A stretch of 32,000 nt of DNA, from assembly GCF_000008625.1 (NCBI RefSeq), contig NC_000918.1:1-32000 (forward strand). The letters are read 5' to 3'. A program made the translations under genes and the position numbers. Under the pieces are notes generated by a model. The model did no database searches and was not told the DNA's origin. It saw nothing but the letters and a program-made list of their open reading frames with translations. Of the stretch, positions 18,275-26,617 are shown piece after piece (the stretch's first letter is position 1; each line of letters begins with the position of its first letter). The DNA is from Aquifex aeolicus VF5. GTDB taxonomy: Bacteria; Aquificota; Aquificia; Aquificales; Aquificaceae.

Positions 18275-19615
18275 ATGAATAAAAACGTATTTCTCGTTTT
18301 AGCCATTTTAGTTTTCTTCGGTGTCTTAATAACCTCCCCTTTCGAAGGGAACGTCAACAAAGGCATAGCAATTCTCCTGCTCGCCGCAATTCTTTGGATT
18401 ACCGAGGCTCTTCCCCTTCCCGTTACGGCACTCCTCATTCCCGTGAGCGGTGTTCTCTTAGGAGTTTTTGACGTAAAGACCGCACTTTCCTACTTTGCTC
18501 ACCCGCTTATATTCCTCTTTTTCGGAGGATTCGTTCTCGCTGTAGCCCTTTCAAAGTACCAGATAGACGAGTACATAGCCCATAAAATAGTCTCCGTAGC
18601 TCAAGGAAAGTTCCTGCCTTCAGTTTTCCTGCTAATGCTTGCAACTTCCCTTATTTCCATGTGGATCAGTAACACCTCAACTACAGCGATGATGCTTCCC
18701 CTCGCCCTCGGGATACTGGCGGGAGTAAGGGAAACGGAAAGGGAAAAGGTATTTCCCTTCGTACTTCTTGGTATAGCCTACTCTGCGAGCGTAGGAGGGA
18801 TAGGAACGCTTGTGGGAAGTCCACCAAACGGTATAGCGGCGGGGATACTCGGACTGTCTTTCCCCGACTGGCTCAAGTTCGGAATTCCCGTATTTTTAAT
18901 ACTCTTTCCCTTGCTCTTCGCAATACTGTTTTTAGTCTTCAGACCTACCTCTGACCTGAAAGTTGAAAGAGTTCAGGAAATTAAGTTTGAGTTCACTCCG
19001 CAAAGAGTTCTGGTTCTTCTCATCTTCCTCTTTACCGCCCTTGCGTGGATTTTCAGCAAGAAAATAGCCCCTATTTTTGAAGTGAAAAAGTACTTTGACA
19101 CGGTTGTGGCACTCCTCGCGGTAGTAGCACTATTTATTTTCAGGCTCCTTGACTGGAGGGACGTAAAAGAGGGTGTATCCTGGGGAACGCTTCTTCTCTT
19201 TGGTGGTGGTATAGCCCTGAGTGGTATTATGAAGAAAACAGGAACAGCCAAGTTTATTTCTCAGGAACTCGTAGACGTCCTGCACGGACTCCCTACATTT
19301 CTGTTTCTCCTCACTATAGTTCTTTTCGTTATATTCCTCACGGAACTAATGAGTAACACAGCAACAACCGCACTTATCGCCCCTATACTCTTTTCAACGG
19401 CTCAGATGATAGGTAAACCCCCCGAAATGCTCGTGATTCCCGCCGCGGTTGCCGCATCTTGTGCTTTCATGCTTCCCGTTGCAACACCTCCGAACGCAAT
19501 CGTTTACGGAACGGGTTACATAAAACAATCCCAAATGATGAGGGTAGGTCTTATCTTGAATATCGTATTTAGTATTGTTTTAGCCGCTTTCTTTACAGTG
19601 TACGTGGGAGGTTGA
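18275..19615 (+). CDS. DASS/SLC13-family anion:sodium symporter (substrate unknown)
   Basis: 446 aa and polytopic. Two hairpin-tip SNT motifs (WISNTSTTAMMLPL and LMSNTATTALIAPI) characteristic of DASS transporters. Starts 13 nt after moeA. Confidence 0.85.
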   Translation: MNKNVFLVLAILVFFGVLITSPFEGNVNKGIAILLLAAILWITEALPLPVTALLIPVSGVLLGVFDVKTALSYFAHPLIFLFFGGFVLAVALSKYQIDEYIAHKIVSVAQGKFLPSVFLLMLATSLISMWISNTSTTAMMLPLALGILAGVRETEREKVFPFVLLGIAYSASVGGIGTLVGSPPNGIAAGILGLSFPDWLKFGIPVFLILFPLLFAILFLVFRPTSDLKVERVQEIKFEFTPQRVLVLLIFLFTALAWIFSKKIAPIFEVKKYFDTVVALLAVVALFIFRLLDWRDVKEGVSWGTLLLFGGGIALSGIMKKTGTAKFISQELVDVLHGLPTFLFLLTIVLFVIFLTELMSNTATTALIAPILFSTAQMIGKPPEMLVIPAAVAASCAFMLPVATPPNAIVYGTGYIKQSQMMRVGLILNIVFSIVLAAFFTVYVGG

Positions 19616-19619
19616 GAAA

Positions 19620-21062
19620 ATGGGACTGAAGGAAAAACTTATCAGAAAAGGTAAATACATATGGGAACTGCCAAAAGAAACGATAGAAGGTCAAAGAGTA
19701 CCCGTAATTCTTTACCTGAGCGACGCCCTCTTTGAACTCCTTGAAGAAGATGCCCTAAGACAGGCTGCAAACGCCGCAACTCTTCCGGGAGTGGAAAAGG
19801 CTATTTACGTGATGCCGGACGTTCACGTGGGGTACGGCTTTCCCGTGGGAGGGGTAATGGCCACGAATACGGAAACAGGTATAATAAGTCCCGGTTCAAT
19901 CGGTTATGACATCAACTGCGGTGTCCGTCTAATAGCGACAAACTTAAAAGCGGTGGATGTAGCACCCAGAATAAAGGAAATAATGAACAACATGCTAAAA
20001 AACGTTCCCGCAGGTGTTGGCTCCACGAGCGAGATAAAACTCTCTAAATCCCAGATGAAGGAAGTGCTCGTAAAGGGAGCAGGCTGGGCGGTTGAACACG
20101 GCTTTGGTTTTCCCGAGGATCTTCAGCACATAGAGGGCTTCGGTGCTCTTCCGAACGCAGATCCCGAAAAGGCTTCTCACGAGGCCTACGAGAGGGGTTC
20201 GGACGAACTCGGAACTGTCGGAAGCGGGAACCACTTTGTGGAAGTTCAGGCGGTAGAACAGATATACGAGCCTGAAATTGCGGAAAAGCTCGGTATATGG
20301 GAAGGACAGGTAATGGTTATGGTTCACTCTGGTTCGAGGGGTTTCGGTCATCAGGTCTGCACGGATTACCTCAGGGTAGCCTTGAAAGTGAGGGATAAGT
20401 ACAAAATCAAACTCCCTGATCCCCAACTTGCGTGTATGCCCTTCAACTCTCCCGAAGGACAGGCTTACTTCAAGGCTATGAACGCCGCGGCAAATTACGC
20501 CTTTGCAAACAGACAGATCCTCGGTTTTAAAGCTGCGAACACGGTCAGGAAAACTCTCGGCATTTCGTGGGAAGAGTTCGGCTACAGGCTCATATACGAT
20601 CACGCTCACAATATAGGAAAGGTGGAAAAACACGAAGTAGACGGAAAAAAGGTCGAAGTAATAGTTCACAGGAAAGGGGCAACGAGAGCTTTTCCTCCTT
20701 ACAACCCCGAAGTTCCCCCCGCTTACAGGGAAGTAGGACAACCCGTGATAATTCCGGGAGACATGGGAAGGGCTTCCTTCCTGCTCGTGGGACAGACCAA
20801 CTCTATGAAGATGTCCTTCGGGACTGCGTGCCACGGCGCGGGAAGAGTTATGTCAAGAAGACAGGCAAAGAAGTACGTAAAAGAAGTAGGACTTGAAAAG
20901 GTAATAGGTAACCTCGTAGTAGTTGCAAGGGGTAAAGGAACAATAATGGAAGAAATCCCCCAGGCGTACAAGGACGTGACGGAAGTCGTAAGGGTTATAG
21001 ATGAACTGGGAATAGCCAAAGCGGTGGCTAGGTTAAAACCCCTCGGAACGCTAAAGGGTTAA
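19620..21062 (+). CDS. rtcB: RNA 3'-phosphate/2',3'-cyclic phosphate ligase RtcB
   Basis: 480 aa. MPDVHVGYG, GYDINCGVR, GSGNHFVEVQ, HSGSRGFGHQ, DHAHN and CHGAGR are the metal- and GMP-binding blocks of RtcB. Starts 4 nt after the DASS gene. Confidence 0.95.
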   Translation: MGLKEKLIRKGKYIWELPKETIEGQRVPVILYLSDALFELLEEDALRQAANAATLPGVEKAIYVMPDVHVGYGFPVGGVMATNTETGIISPGSIGYDINCGVRLIATNLKAVDVAPRIKEIMNNMLKNVPAGVGSTSEIKLSKSQMKEVLVKGAGWAVEHGFGFPEDLQHIEGFGALPNADPEKASHEAYERGSDELGTVGSGNHFVEVQAVEQIYEPEIAEKLGIWEGQVMVMVHSGSRGFGHQVCTDYLRVALKVRDKYKIKLPDPQLACMPFNSPEGQAYFKAMNAAANYAFANRQILGFKAANTVRKTLGISWEEFGYRLIYDHAHNIGKVEKHEVDGKKVEVIVHRKGATRAFPPYNPEVPPAYREVGQPVIIPGDMGRASFLLVGQTNSMKMSFGTACHGAGRVMSRRQAKKYVKEVGLEKVIGNLVVVARGKGTIMEEIPQAYKDVTEVVRVIDELGIAKAVARLKPLGTLKG

Positions 21063-22346
21063 GCTTTCCCTGAACACTTCCACCCTGTTCTTTCCCTTTC
21101 TCTTCGCCTCGTACAGTGCCTGATCCGCTTCCTTTATCAACTCTTCCAAGCTCTCGTGCCCTCTGTAAGTGCTCACCCCTATACTTACTGTTACTCTTAG
21201 TTTTTCACCGTTTGGCAATTCTATGGGCGTTTGTTCTATCATACGCCTCAGTTGTTCCGCTTTCTTTACAGCTCCGTTCAAGTTTGTGTTTGAAAGCATA
21301 ACTATAAACTCCTCTCCTCCGAAGCGTGCCACGAGATCCGCTCCTCTCACGTTCCTTTTCAAGATTTCTGAAATCTTTTTGAGAACGAGGTCTCCGACGT
21401 CGTGTCCGTAGGTGTCGTTTATTTTCTTAAAGTTATCTATGTCAATCATAAGAATTGAGAAGTTGTATCCGTACCGTTTAGCCTTCGCCAGTTCCTTTTC
21501 AGCCATCTCGGTGAAAACCCTTCTGTTGTATAGACCCGTGAGAGGGTCCGTCAAAGCCATTCTCTCGTAAAGTGTCTTTTCCTTTGAAGTTTCAATAAGT
21601 ATCTTCTTTAAAGTTTCAATCATCTTTATTACCGCTACTTTAAGTTCGTAAATTTCGCTATCTTTGTCTTTGCTCCTCATAGCGTTTTCACGAAGTAAAT
21701 CCGTCTTAGAAAACTCCTTCTTTGCAACTCCCTTTATTATCCCGCTCAAAAACTTTAAATCTTTAGATATTGAACTCAAATAACGTGATATAACCAGAAC
21801 GTAAACAAGGAAGAATACAAGACTTGTCCCAAAAATACCAAAAACGGTAAAGTTTAAGTTATTAAATTCTTTCCAAGTTATTAAGTATCCGAAGACTTTT
21901 CCCTCCCAGAGAAGAGGATACCTCGCCACGAATACGGGATTTATAACGCTCCCCACATTCCCGTATGGTTCCACGGGAAAAATTTTCTCTAAAAAATCGG
22001 GCTTAATATTACCAATGACTACAAAATCTCCGTAAATTAAAGAAACTTTGTGAAGGTTTTGATTAAACTTCCCGTACTTGCTGTTGTCGTACAGAATTAC
22101 TCCCTCGGAACGCAAAATTTTTAAAACGATGTTTGAAAATTTATAAAAAAACACGAGAGGATTTTCTTCTTTTCCGTACATCAATTTCTTTATTTCAGTA
22201 CATGTAACCACGAGATTTTCGTAAAACTCCCTTGACTTTTTGTTGTTTAACGCTTTAAAATCTAAATACACAACCACTGATACGAAAATTATGTAGAGCA
22301 CGAAAAAAATAACGGAGTAAGAAGTAATTTTTTTCTTTATGCTCAT
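21051..22346 (-). CDS. Membrane-anchored diguanylate cyclase (GGDEF domain, GGEEF active site, RxxD I-site)
   Basis: 431 aa. Two hydrophobic segments flank a roughly 130-aa presumably periplasmic region, followed by a coiled linker. Then LTGLYNRRVF, DIDNFKKINDTYGHDVGD and RGADLVARFGGEEF. Overlaps rtcB convergently by 12 nt. Confidence 0.9.
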   Translation of the reverse strand: MSIKKKITSYSVIFFVLYIIFVSVVVYLDFKALNNKKSREFYENLVVTCTEIKKLMYGKEENPLVFFYKFSNIVLKILRSEGVILYDNSKYGKFNQNLHKVSLIYGDFVVIGNIKPDFLEKIFPVEPYGNVGSVINPVFVARYPLLWEGKVFGYLITWKEFNNLNFTVFGIFGTSLVFFLVYVLVISRYLSSISKDLKFLSGIIKGVAKKEFSKTDLLRENAMRSKDKDSEIYELKVAVIKMIETLKKILIETSKEKTLYERMALTDPLTGLYNRRVFTEMAEKELAKAKRYGYNFSILMIDIDNFKKINDTYGHDVGDLVLKKISEILKRNVRGADLVARFGGEEFIVMLSNTNLNGAVKKAEQLRRMIEQTPIELPNGEKLRVTVSIGVSTYRGHESLEELIKEADQALYEAKRKGKNRVEVFRESLTL

Positions 22347-22378
22347 ATACCTTATAAAGTATATATACTACATTCCCT

Positions 22379-22885
22379 ATGAGAATAGTCTTCGGAGGAA
22401 GTTTTGATCCTGTACACGTAGGTCACATAATACTCGCGAGGGACGTCTGTGAACACTTTAATGCAAAAGAAGTTATATTCGTCCCCACCTATCAGGCACC
22501 CCTCAAAGAAAAACACAAAGCAAGCGCTCAGGACAGGTTAAACATGTTAAAGCTTGCACTTGAAAGGGAAGAGAAGTTCACAATAGAAGACTACGAAATA
22601 AGACGAAAGGGAATTTCATACACCGTGTACACACTCAAGTACTTAAAGGAGAAGTACGGAGGGGAGGAGCTCTACCTCCTCCTCGGAAGTGACAGTTTTT
22701 TGAAGTTCCATAAATGGAAAGAACCGCGTGAAATACTAAAGCTTGCAAAAATTATTGTGGTCGAGAGGGAAGGGATGTTGGAAAAGGTGAAGGAATACAT
22801 AAAGGAGTACTTCCCGGAACTGAGGAAAAATGAAGATATCTTTTTCTACAAAGGCAGAAGGATAGACATCTCTTCAACCGAATAA
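22379..22885 (+). CDS. nadD: Nicotinate-nucleotide adenylyltransferase, C-terminus displaced into another frame (continues 22882..22989)
   Basis: 168 aa. GGSFDPVHVGH, SYTVYTL and GSDSF blocks. The ORF stops inside the conserved ISSTxIR motif (ISSTE-stop), and the next frame reads IRKRVSEGKSIYCMVPEKVEEYIREKKLY. Confidence 0.88.
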   Translation: MRIVFGGSFDPVHVGHIILARDVCEHFNAKEVIFVPTYQAPLKEKHKASAQDRLNMLKLALEREEKFTIEDYEIRRKGISYTVYTLKYLKEKYGGEELYLLLGSDSFLKFHKWKEPREILKLAKIIVVEREGMLEKVKEYIKEYFPELRKNEDIFFYKGRRIDISSTE

Positions 22886-22997
22886 GGAAGAGAGTTTCGG
22901 AGGGTAAGAGTATTTACTGCATGGTGCCCGAAAAGGTAGAGGAATACATAAGGGAAAAGAAACTCTACATTAAATCTCCGGACCTATAATCAGATTT

Positions 22998-23525
22998 ATG
23001 AAGCTTAAAAGTAAACTCTCTTACGAAGATATAAGAAGACTTCCTGAGGGAAGTTACGAAGTAATCAACGGGGAGGTGGTTGAACTGGTACCTACGGGAT
23101 TTGAACACGGAGAGTACGAACTCGACTTGGGGGCTTTTTTAAGGGAAAAATTGAAGAATAAAGGATACGTTGCAGTGGGAGAGGTAGGAGTTTTAATATC
23201 AAAGGAACCACTCAGGATACGCTCGGCGGATGTAGTTTATATAAGCAAGAAACGTACTCCCGAAAGACCAAAGGGAATACTTGATGTTCCGCCTGAAATC
23301 GTTATAGAGATAGTTTCTCCTAATAACACATACTCGGAAATTGAGGAAAAGGTTTTTGATTACCTGAGCGCTGGTGTAGACAGGGTTTTAATCGTAGATC
23401 CGAAGGTAAGGAAGGCAACTTTATTCGAAAAGGGAAAAAGGGAAGCGAAGATATACGATTTTGACGAAGAGTTCGAACTTTTAGAAGGTCTCAAATTAAG
23501 GCTTTCCGAAGTCCTGTCTTCATAA
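22998..23525 (+). CDS. Uma2 (DUF820) family PD-(D/E)xK nuclease-like protein
   Basis: 175 aa. Layout typical of Uma2: YEVINGEVVELVPTGFEHG...ADVVYI...PPEIVIEIVSPNN...K...Y...GV....IVDP. Confidence 0.72.
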   Translation: MKLKSKLSYEDIRRLPEGSYEVINGEVVELVPTGFEHGEYELDLGAFLREKLKNKGYVAVGEVGVLISKEPLRIRSADVVYISKKRTPERPKGILDVPPEIVIEIVSPNNTYSEIEEKVFDYLSAGVDRVLIVDPKVRKATLFEKGKREAKIYDFDEEFELLEGLKLRLSEVLSS

Positions 23526-23540
23526 AGTAAAATTTTCCCT

Positions 23541-24407
23541 ATGAAGGTAGGTTTTATAGGTTTAGGACATCTTGGAAGAGCCATAGCAAAAAGATTGATA
23601 GAACAAGGTGTAGAATTAATAGTCTGGAACAGAACGCTTTCAAAAGCTCATGAATTTGCCAAAGAAACGGGTGCGGAGGTTACAAGCTCCCCCGCGGATT
23701 TAATAAACAAGGTGGACAGAGTTTTCGTTATAGTTTTTGACTCTCAGGCTTCAGAAGAAGTGATATTCGGAGAAAAGGGACTCGTAAAAGGAGACATAAA
23801 GGGAAAAACCGTTATAGACATGACTACGAACCACTACCTTTACGCACAGAAGGCTTACGAAGAACTTAAAAAACTTGGAGCTTTCTATCTGGACGCTCCC
23901 GTCCTCGGAAGTGTTATACCAGCCCTTAAAGGGGAACTCACTATAGTCGTGGGAGGGGATAAGGAAAAGTTTGAAGAGAATAAACCTCTTTTTGAAAAGT
24001 TTTGCAGGGCGATTTACTACCTAGGCGAGGCGGGAATGGGAAGTAAGATGAAACTCGTAAACAACATAGTTCTGGGCGGGATAATGGAAGTCCTGGCTGA
24101 AGCCATAGCCATAGGTGAAAAGGCGGGAATTGACAAGGAAACATTAATAAACGTCCTCAACGACGGAGCGGGGAAATCCTACATCTTGGACGTTAAGAAG
24201 AAAAAACTCCTCGAGGAAGACTTCTCAACGCACTTTTCCGTTAACCTCATATACAAGGATCTCCACTACGCTCAGGATTTAATAAAAGACTTGGGACTCT
24301 TCTCCTTTACAACCGCTGCGGTAAAAGAAACATACGGACTCGCAAGGAAGGAAGGGTTTGGAAATCTGGACTTTTCAGCAGTTTACAAGCTCTTCAAAGA
24401 AGACTAA
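23541..24407 (+). CDS. NAD(P)-dependent beta-hydroxyacid dehydrogenase (3-hydroxyisobutyrate / 2-hydroxy-3-oxopropionate reductase family)
   Basis: 288 aa. N-terminal [14 protein letters not shown] Rossmann motif, [16 protein letters not shown], and LIYKDLHYA blocks of the 6PGDH-NAD-binding/HIBADH family. Confidence 0.85.
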
Positions 24408-24982
24408 ATAACGCCTTTCGTTGAGGGCACTCCGCTTCCCTCTACTTTTACCGCTTCTTTTAAAGTAATCGCAAAGGACTTAAAGCAAGCTTCCGCCACG
24501 TGGTGGAGTATTTTCCCGTCAAGGACCTTTATATGTAGCGTGCTCCTGCTCTCAAGGGCAAAACCTTTAAAGAATTCCCATATAAGCTCAAAATCAAACT
24601 CCGTTATCTTTCCCCTTAAGTCCTTGTCTTCGTAAAAGAATAGCGGTCTTCCCGAGATGTCTATAGAAGAGAGTACCAGAGCCTCGTCCATGGGAATTAT
24701 GGAGTATCCGTACCTCCTTATTCCTTTTTTATCTCCGAGGGCTTTTAGTACCGCCTGACCGAGAACTATACCGCAGTCCTCCACTGTGTGGTGGTGGGAA
24801 ACGTGAACGTCTCCCTCGGCCTCAACCTTCAGGTCAAACCTTCCGTGTTTTGCAAAGGACTCAAGCATATGGGTTAAAAATCCCACAGGTGTGTTCACTT
24901 CGTAATTCCCGCTTCCGTCTAGGTTTATGTATAGCTTTATCTTTGTCTCTCTCGTTTCCCTGAAGACTTCCGCTTCCCGCAT
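24404..24982 (-). CDS. hisB: Imidazoleglycerol-phosphate dehydratase
   Basis: 192 aa. [33 protein letters not shown] and [12 protein letters not shown] motifs. Confidence 0.94.
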
Positions 24983-24996
24983 AGGAATACTTTAAC

Positions 24997-26277
24997 CTAC
25001 CTTCGTTTCCTGGGTGTCTCCTTTATGAGTTTGTGTATCTCTTTGAAGTTTATGTCTCCCGCAAGGACGTAAACCTTTCCCTCGTATTGGAACTTCTTAG
25101 AGACCGTAATACAGAAGTCATCTGTAGCCTTTGAAAGGTAAATGTCGGAAATGTATTCTCCTTTTTCCATTGCCTCTTTGAAGTAAGGTTTCTCACTCCT
25201 GTCCGTTCCCTTCTTGCCCTGAGCTATGAAGTAACTCGCATTCGGGTTTATCACGTTGTTAGAAATCTGGAGTCCGCTGGAACTCATTATGTAGAAGAGT
25301 TCAAAGTAAGGGTACTTCTTGAAAGCGTCGTAAAGGGTAAATTCCCATAACTCCTTTGGTGCGTTTACGACTTCATTGAGAACCTTTTCAAAGTCCGACA
25401 TAATTTTTTCCTTTATATTCTTTAAGACCTTCTTCCTTCTGGGGTCGTAGAGGATAAGTTTGGGTTGGAGTCCCTGAACTATGAATATGTAACCGCTTAC
25501 GTTCTTCGCTCTTTCTCTGAGTTCCTTAATCTTCTCGTTCAGTTTATCCAAGCTTTCAAATAACTTGAGGTTTATGGACATCCCGTAAAGGGCTATGTGA
25601 GGGTAATCCGCAAATAGAACTGTATACTCCCTGAAGAACTCTTCAAACAAGTGCTTTATACGTTCCTTTTCAGGAGGCTCTTTGGAAACAGCCCATATTT
25701 CTTCTTTCTCTTCTATTTCTTCAACTTCACCGCTTATACTTTCCTGTATATCTTCTTTGAGGATTTTGAGAAGCCCCTTTGCCTTTTCGTATCCGAATTT
25801 ATCCCTGAAGCCTTTGAAGTTCTTAATCCCGAATATGTAAAGGTATTGGTCAGTTCCCAAAGACTCTCTGATGTGTTGAATTAAAGGGATGACGAACTCT
25901 TTGTACTTGGTTATGTAGTGAAGTAGGACGTCGTAAGTAAGTACTCCTAAGTAGTTTCCCTTTTTGTCGGTTATTATTATCGGCTCTTTTACTATAGGGA
26001 GAAGTTCCATAATGCCTATTAATCCCTCTTTACTCAGGTTCAGATCCTTTACTTTTACCGCAAGCCTGCTCAGCTCTCCCGTAAGCAAATCCTTTCTGGT
26101 TATCCCTTCAACGTCCTTTCTGAAAACTATTCCTATGGGTTTTCCCTTCTTTAAAACCGTTAAGTACTCGTAAATCTTAAGTTCGGAAAAGATTTCCTTC
26201 AGTTCCTGAACGCTCAAATCGTAAGAAACGGTAGGGACGCTGATACAAATACTACCTAGATCAAATGACTCCTTCAT
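24997..26277 (-). CDS. Cytoplasmic sensor-type protein: CBS pair - degenerate GGDEF-like core - C-terminal Cache/PAS-like (PDC) domain
   Basis: 426 aa with no TM segment. CBS-like repeats (VLKKGKPIGIVFRKDV; ITDKKGNYLGVLTYDVLLHY). The middle region resembles the start of a GGDEF domain (YLYIFGIKNFKGFRDKFGYEKAKGLLKIL) but has no GGDEF/GGEEF. The C-terminus DRSEKPYFKEAMEKGEYISDIYLSKATDDFCITVSK...VLAGDINF fits the Cache/PDC pattern. Domain calls are made by eye. Confidence 0.65.
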   Translation of the reverse strand: MKESFDLGSICISVPTVSYDLSVQELKEIFSELKIYEYLTVLKKGKPIGIVFRKDVEGITRKDLLTGELSRLAVKVKDLNLSKEGLIGIMELLPIVKEPIIITDKKGNYLGVLTYDVLLHYITKYKEFVIPLIQHIRESLGTDQYLYIFGIKNFKGFRDKFGYEKAKGLLKILKEDIQESISGEVEEIEEKEEIWAVSKEPPEKERIKHLFEEFFREYTVLFADYPHIALYGMSINLKLFESLDKLNEKIKELRERAKNVSGYIFIVQGLQPKLILYDPRRKKVLKNIKEKIMSDFEKVLNEVVNAPKELWEFTLYDAFKKYPYFELFYIMSSSGLQISNNVINPNASYFIAQGKKGTDRSEKPYFKEAMEKGEYISDIYLSKATDDFCITVSKKFQYEGKVYVLAGDINFKEIHKLIKETPRKRR

Positions 26278-26585
26278 AACTCCAGCCCTAAATCTTTATA
26301 ATGGTAAACTTTTCCCCTGTAGACAACCACTACCTCAATAGAAAAGGGTTCTTCTCCGAGGACTTCGTAAGCGGTTCTTATTATTTTGCTAAGTTTATGA
26401 GGGGTTACCTTTTCCGCCGGGAAGAAGGTTTCACTTCCCTTTACTTCAACGATAACTTTCCTTCCCTCGAACTCTGCCAGAATATCTATTTCACCGTAGG
26501 GACTTCTTAAGTTTCTTCCGAGGATTTGATAACCTTTACTTTTTAAGTACCGAGCCGCTAAGTCTTCGTACTCCCTTCCCTTCAT
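26274..26585 (-). CDS. yraN: YraN family (UPF0102) PD-(D/E)xK endonuclease-like protein
   Basis: 103 aa. GREYEDLAARYLKSKGYQILGRNLRSPYGEIDILAE...VIVEVKG is the YraN signature. Its stop overlaps the downstream gene start (ATGA). Confidence 0.88.
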   Translation of the reverse strand: MKGREYEDLAARYLKSKGYQILGRNLRSPYGEIDILAEFEGRKVIVEVKGSETFFPAEKVTPHKLSKIIRTAYEVLGEEPFSIEVVVVYRGKVYHYKDLGLEL

Positions 26586-26591
26586 AAAAAG

Positions 26592-26614
26592 TTTTTAAAA
26601 AGCCCCAAAGGGGC
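26592..26614 (-). terminator. Putative intrinsic terminator after petC
   Basis: Minus-strand RNA reads UAA-UCC-GCCCC-UUU-GGGGC-UUUUU. This is a 5-bp all-GC stem with a 3-nt loop and a U5 tract, directly after the petC stop. The stem is short for a thermophile. Confidence 0.45.
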
Positions 26615-26617
26615 GGA

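Noticed and set aside
24997-26585. YraN plus cyclase-like protein as a CBASS-like or other nucleotide-second-messenger defence module
   Set aside because: YraN is a widely conserved housekeeping-type family. The cyclase-like core lacks catalytic residues. No other defence-island hallmarks (mobile genes, atypical composition, additional effectors) are nearby.
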